This document shows, in pieces, positions 59,510 through 64,000 of a stretch of 64,000 nucleotides of DNA. Source of the DNA: a virus; the IMG/VR virus record IMGVR_UViG_3300034061_001913, positions 10,217 to 74,216 of that record. The stretch is one strand, 5' to 3'. Below the pieces are notes generated by a model, which was not told the origin of the DNA, ran no database searches, and saw nothing but the letters and a program-made list of their open reading frames with translations. The position numbers were made by a program, and so were the translations under genes. How positions within the stretch are numbered: position 1 is the first letter of the stretch; each line of letters starts with the position of its first letter.

Positions 59510-59539
59510 CAAAAATAAATGAAAATTAGAAAAAGTCAA
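59510..59539 (-). promoter_or_regulatory. Bacteroidota-type promoter upstream of the cargo/RNAP operon
   Basis: Minus strand TTG(ACT)-N19-TATTTTTG. Confidence 0.7.
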
Positions 59540-59671
59540 GTTTTTCTTTTAGGTAATAGGGTTCAGGTATATAATTTTCTTTGTTAATATAGTAACCACT
59601 ATTTTTATGATAAGCTAGTCTAGTCTCAAAATAATTAAAAGTTTTAAATAAGTGTTCTATTTTATAAAACC

Positions 59672-59836
59672 TTACTTACCTTGTCTTCTATAGGGTTTCT
59701 TATAATTCTTTGAAGATTTCAAACCTGAGTTCTTCTTCTTAGAGACAACTCCCTTACGTTTTACTTTTGATTTTACTTTCTTCGTAGGTACACCAAGTGA
59801 ACTCTTGGTAGATCCTTTTGCTTTAGATGGAGCCAT
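59672..59836 (-). CDS. 54-aa highly basic protein missing from the track
   Basis: MAPSKAKGSTKSSLGVPTKKVKSKVKRKGVVSKKKNSGLKSSKNYKKPYRRQGK; no acidic residues. Confidence 0.75.
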   Translation of the reverse strand: MAPSKAKGSTKSSLGVPTKKVKSKVKRKGVVSKKKNSGLKSSKNYKKPYRRQGK

Positions 59837-59854
59837 TTGATTTTATATTAGTTG

Positions 59855-60118
59855 TTAATAGTTAGATTTCATGTATGCTTGTTTGAGCATACCTTTATTT
59901 CCAGTAGGTTTAGTATACATACTAAGTCCATCCTTACCTCTTCTCTTAGCCATAGCTTTAAAAGTCTTGGCAAGGTTATATCTTTTAGAACCTTTAGGGC
60001 AAGTAGGTCCACCAAATTTAGCACCGGTGCATACACCTTCTGTCCCACGTTTTTTAATTCCTTTTACAACACCGGAAATCCAATTCTTTCCGCCTTTTTT
60101 AAATTGTTGAGTTTGCAT
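59855..60118 (-). CDS. Small basic protein
   Basis: FKKGG...CTGAKFGGPTCP...YNLAKTFKAM. Confidence 0.7.
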   Translation of the reverse strand: MQTQQFKKGGKNWISGVVKGIKKRGTEGVCTGAKFGGPTCPKGSKRYNLAKTFKAMAKRRGKDGLSMYTKPTGNKGMLKQAYMKSNY

Positions 60119-60743
60119 ATTTATTTAATATTAGTTGTGTTACTTTTACTTTGTCATTTTCATGTTGTTCAGCATGGCATTTTCCACAAAGTAAAATACC
60201 ATTAGTTATTTCAAACCTAAGTTCCGGATGGCTTGAAAATGGTTTTATGTGATGTGCAGATAAAAAAGTTGTGTCATTACATGTTTGACAACATTTGTCT
60301 CTTCTTTTAACTTCAGTGGCCCAAGTCTTTAACCTGGCTTTTACTTTCCTTTTTTCGTCTTTGTATCCTTTATAGTTACCATTAAGTTCTCCAACCCTAA
60401 AGGAAGCTAAGTGTCCTAAATGTTTTGACAAACATTCTTTAGAACAAAACTTTGATGTTTCTTTTCTTTTTAGATTTACAAAATATTTTTGGTTACAGAT
60501 ACCACAATCTAGACTTACTTGTTTAGTACTAGATTTAGAAAAACACTCAGACGAACAATACTTAGAATTTTTATTGTGATATTTTTTATGGAACTCTTTA
60601 GAGCAAAATAAACAAGTTTTTGTATTTAACTGTATTTTAAGTTTATCTGAACACTCTCGACTACAACAATGGTGTTTGCTTCTTTTGTACCAACAATGAG
60701 GAATGTTGTATTCTTTACTACAGTAATCACAAGAAACTATCAT
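60099..60743 (-). CDS. Free-standing HNH endonuclease with three N-terminal CxxC...CSxxC repeats
   Basis: CQTC...AHHIKP...NGILLCGKCH. Confidence 0.85.
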   Translation of the reverse strand: MIVSCDYCSKEYNIPHCWYKRSKHHCCSRECSDKLKIQLNTKTCLFCSKEFHKKYHNKNSKYCSSECFSKSSTKQVSLDCGICNQKYFVNLKRKETSKFCSKECLSKHLGHLASFRVGELNGNYKGYKDEKRKVKARLKTWATEVKRRDKCCQTCNDTTFLSAHHIKPFSSHPELRFEITNGILLCGKCHAEQHENDKVKVTQLILNKYANSTI

Positions 60744-63655
60744 ATCTTGTTGGGTTTCTGTTTTGAGTATTTTAAAACTTGTTTAACTTGTTGGTTAGAC
60801 ATTGTTTTGACGTTTCCTTTATTGTCTTTTTTTACTGAGCCTCTTGTCTTCTTAACAGAAGCTAGTGGATAAGAACCGCTAGAAACTACTTGTCCATTTA
60901 CTCCAGGTATTCCTATAGTTCCTCCCATTTGATAACTTTTTCTAGATTGTCTGTTAAATTTTTGAGATGCTTTTGTTCTTAAGTTAGTTGTACGTGGGCT
61001 AACAAAACCTCCTAAAGAAAAAGCTTTAATCTCACCTTTACCAGTTTTAAATTTTTCTGGAATATCAAACTCATACCATGTATTACCTTTATCGTCTGTG
61101 ACTACTTTGGGATCAAGTCCAAATAATTTTTTAACAGTCTTAGGCTGTTCTGTATACTTTTTAAGAATAGTTTCTCTGTAAGTATCATATATATCTCCTG
61201 TAATCTCTCCTTTTAAAATTTTTTCTAGCCTTATTTTATCTGAGTCAGGTGTTAGGGACATAAGATCTTCCCATTCAGGAGTACCCTTTAATCTATTATA
61301 TTCTTCAATAACTTGTTCTGAAGTTTTTACAGGTTTATAATTTTGAACTTTAGCAGCAGTCTCGCGGGTTGGAAGTCTTACTTTACTTACATCGCCTCTT
61401 TCTCCAGAATAGTTTACAAGTTCTTGTAAGTACCTTTCTTGATGATTTTTATCTAATAAAGATTTCTGAGAAAAATTTTCTATCTCTACTTTTTGAAGTA
61501 AGTTAGCTTGTTCTTGAGCTTTAACTATCTCTTCAAACTCTCTTATTTGGTAGTCTTGTACGGGTACTCCAGCCTCGTCTACACCTTTTGTTTTCATTGT
61601 ATCAAGAACAGCTTTGTTTCTATCTTGAAGTTTCTGCATTCTTTCTAAAGATTTTTGATATTTAGAAAGATCTGAAGCATTCTTTGCCATTAGTCTGTGA
61701 GTACCTTGAAAAGCATCCGATTGCATTTGTGTCACAGTTAATACATCAGGTGTTTTCGCATCTCTTAAAAAATGAATATGACCAAGTGTTTCTTCTGGAT
61801 TACCATGAGCATCTGAACCTCTACCAAATTTATTCCTATTACTAAGTACAAGAGTTTGATTTTCAATATGGTCAGAGTTATATGTATGCATTCTTCTACC
61901 ACCAACCTCTGTTGTTGTAAATGTTCCGGGTTTATAGCCTAATCTCTCAAGACCATAATTAGAAGAATGATTTACAAAAGTCTTTTCTAAAGGAATAAGT
62001 TGGCCTTGAACTATTTTTCTAAACTCATTATAATCCATTTTTTTAGGAAGTGTTTCTCCTAATCCTTGTTTAATAAAAGCTACTTTATCTACTCCTCCTG
62101 ATTCTTTTGCTATAATACCAAGAGCTTGTTCTACATTCACTAATCCTGTTTTAGGTTCTACTATCTTAGAAATAGGTCCGTCAGCCATTGTAGATTTTAA
62201 ATGTAATCCTGGAAGTTCTTGCATTTGCCATGTCTGTGTAGGTAAACCAGGTGTATTATTAACAACATTTTTTAAAGGAGTTTTTGTAGTAAGGTGTTTT
62301 CCAAGATTTTTAGGACCCATTCCTGCTAAAGGATTAACAAGATTGTTTACAAATTGACCTGTTGATTTTGTTCCTAGGCCTCCTAATGCTCCAGCTAACA
62401 GTGGGCCTCCTATTCCTGTCACATAAGGCATTAATGAGTCAGTTTCTCTAGCTACATAAGGAGCAGAGCCAAGTCCTTCAGCCCAACTACCAAGCATAGC
62501 TACTGGGTTAATGTTGTCGGTCCAATTTCCAGCATTCCAACTTCCTAGATTTCTACCATATACATAAGCTTTCTCTCTCCAATCCATATCTTTCCAAACT
62601 TTTGTTGTTCCGCTTGACTGCAAGTATCCGGCAGGAAAAGTAAACTTAGCGTTTTCATCTCCCCAATCTTCTACAGCTTGTGTAGTTTTAGCTGCTGCTT
62701 TTCTTTCTGCTTGTAAGCTTTGTGCTTGTCTTTCTTCTGCCTCAGCTTGTGCTGCATCTTCCCATTGACGTAAAAGATCAGCAGGAGTTACCCTAGGTCC
62801 TGCTGCAGCAATAGCTGCATAGTCACTATCTAATTTTTTGTAAAACTCAGTTCTAAGATTATCTTGAGTAGGCTGTTGTTGGTAATAATTATTACCTAAG
62901 TTAGTAGGGGTTTTAGTTGTAGGTACAGGAAGTGGTTTTGGTAGAGGAGTATAAGGACGAACATAAGTATTGTCAGTAGTATTGTTGTATCCGTAACGAT
63001 CTTCTACATATCTAGGAATGGGTTTTTTTGTTCCGCCAGTTTGATAATTAGTACCAAATCTAACAGGATCTTCTAACATGTTATACTTTAAAGTACGCAT
63101 TCTAGAAGCATACTCTGATTCAGGGACAGTGTTATATTGTCCCATGTGCAAACCAGTATCATAGTATCTTTGTATAGCTTGGTCCTCTGTAAGTTGTGTA
63201 CCATTTACTACGGTAGGAATAAGAGTTTCTTTACCATCTACATTTACACCCATTCTATACTCACTTCTTTTCCATCCTTCATCGTCTATGTAAAAAGGTC
63301 TGTCTATATCAGAGAGTAAAAAGTTTCCTTGCTTGGGGGCTTTTTCTAAATCGTAATCAATTTGTGGAAGTATAACTGGCGATTTTGCTCCTCCGTCTTG
63401 AAACCTGTTGTTTCCCATGTTTCTCATAGGAAACTCTTTAACATAATTCCCCGGAAAGGTATAATCGCTTCCAGGCTTCATGAGTTGTCTGTTTCCAAAG
63501 TTGTCTACTCCTAGAACAGGAAAGTCAACACCCTTCATTGTAATCTGATTAGAAGGGATTACATTGTAAGGATTGTTTACATCAGGCGAATTCCTTTTGT
63601 ATCCTTTAGTAGATAAGAATTTTTCTTTGAGATATGATTTACTGAGATTTCCCAT
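60740..63655 (-). CDS. Mosaic putative virion protein (about 970 aa)
   Basis: N-terminal GYKRNSPD...ITMKGV module; modules bounded by xxxGG; QMQSD-containing domain; TAATG-coupled start at 63655 (track start 63661). Confidence 0.7.
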   Translation of the reverse strand: MGNLSKSYLKEKFLSTKGYKRNSPDVNNPYNVIPSNQITMKGVDFPVLGVDNFGNRQLMKPGSDYTFPGNYVKEFPMRNMGNNRFQDGGAKSPVILPQIDYDLEKAPKQGNFLLSDIDRPFYIDDEGWKRSEYRMGVNVDGKETLIPTVVNGTQLTEDQAIQRYYDTGLHMGQYNTVPESEYASRMRTLKYNMLEDPVRFGTNYQTGGTKKPIPRYVEDRYGYNNTTDNTYVRPYTPLPKPLPVPTTKTPTNLGNNYYQQQPTQDNLRTEFYKKLDSDYAAIAAAGPRVTPADLLRQWEDAAQAEAEERQAQSLQAERKAAAKTTQAVEDWGDENAKFTFPAGYLQSSGTTKVWKDMDWREKAYVYGRNLGSWNAGNWTDNINPVAMLGSWAEGLGSAPYVARETDSLMPYVTGIGGPLLAGALGGLGTKSTGQFVNNLVNPLAGMGPKNLGKHLTTKTPLKNVVNNTPGLPTQTWQMQELPGLHLKSTMADGPISKIVEPKTGLVNVEQALGIIAKESGGVDKVAFIKQGLGETLPKKMDYNEFRKIVQGQLIPLEKTFVNHSSNYGLERLGYKPGTFTTTEVGGRRMHTYNSDHIENQTLVLSNRNKFGRGSDAHGNPEETLGHIHFLRDAKTPDVLTVTQMQSDAFQGTHRLMAKNASDLSKYQKSLERMQKLQDRNKAVLDTMKTKGVDEAGVPVQDYQIREFEEIVKAQEQANLLQKVEIENFSQKSLLDKNHQERYLQELVNYSGERGDVSKVRLPTRETAAKVQNYKPVKTSEQVIEEYNRLKGTPEWEDLMSLTPDSDKIRLEKILKGEITGDIYDTYRETILKKYTEQPKTVKKLFGLDPKVVTDDKGNTWYEFDIPEKFKTGKGEIKAFSLGGFVSPRTTNLRTKASQKFNRQSRKSYQMGGTIGIPGVNGQVVSSGSYPLASVKKTRGSVKKDNKGNVKTMSNQQVKQVLKYSKQKPNKI

Positions 63656-64000
63656 TAGCATTTCCAGCGTCTACGTGCTTGTCTGATTCTTGAGTTTGGA
63701 TCGTTTTTAGTTGCTGCAGAGGATCTCTTCAGTTGTCCTAGTGAACGAGCACAATAAGATTTTCTACGGTTAGCAGCTTTGCTTCCTGGTTTTACTTTAC
63801 CAGTTACTGCAGTTTTAAGTTTGGAGCCAGGGTTAGCTCTACGATATGCAGCAACACCTTTAGCGGTCATACCGGCTCCAGATTTAGTTGGTCGATAGTT
63901 TGCCCCTTTACCTTTGGTTGTGTGGGGAATTGTTCCTCCTTTAGAGTAACTCATCCCCTCACTACCGCAAGCTTTCATGTAGGCAGATTTAAGCCTAGAC
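63655..64000 (-). CDS. Basic protein (RRKSYCAR...RRRWKC type), open to the window edge
   Basis: Frame stays open upstream of ATG 63978 (SRLKSAYMK). Confidence 0.7.
   Translation of the reverse strand, partial: SRLKSAYMKACGSEGMSYSKGGTIPHTTKGKGANYRPTKSGAGMTAKGVAAYRRANPGSKLKTAVTGKVKPGSKAANRRKSYCARSLGQLKRSSAATKNDPNSRIRQARRRWKC

Noticed and set aside
347-63319. Many antisense or nested ORFs in the track (e.g. 347-658, 21968-22303, 42413-42727, 51076-51375)
   Set aside because: They are shadows of longer, motif-supported genes and show no independent signal.
29346-64000. Stop-codon reassignment (TAG or TGA), which occurs in some crAss-like phages
   Set aside because: Genes up to 8 kb are uninterrupted in the standard code, and TAG and TGA end genes at sensible boundaries.

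Overview
This window is an internal, AT-rich segment of a crAss-like (Crassvirales-type) phage genome. The host is probably Bacteroidota, because TTG-N19/20-TAnnTTTG promoters recur. The + arm (1-21934) holds early and replication genes: an M28/M42-type peptidase split by a group I intron carrying a LAGLIDADG endonuclease, an SF2 helicase, a DnaB-like helicase, an AAA ATPase, primase, a DnaA-domain-IV protein, UNG, DUF932, NinG- and NinB-like proteins, a family A DNA polymerase, DUF5664 and a PD-(D/E)XK exonuclease. The convergent - arm (64000 to 21931) holds small basic proteins, giant virion cargo proteins including the DFDID-type virion RNA polymerase and a polyvalent NTase/2H/ART protein, lysis genes, a metallophosphoesterase and tail fibre-like genes, plus a small + strand groES island. 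The most striking unexplained signal is in five cargo proteins encoded in series (one homing endonuclease gene is inserted among them). They total 8204 aa and contain only 8 cysteines by my manual scan, all at the termini, and each C-terminal Cys is matched by an N-terminal Cys in the next cargo gene. This suggests a head-to-tail disulfide-linked ejection chain. I recognised no capsid, terminase, tRNA or CRISPR features. All family assignments come from reading motifs by eye, not from database searches.
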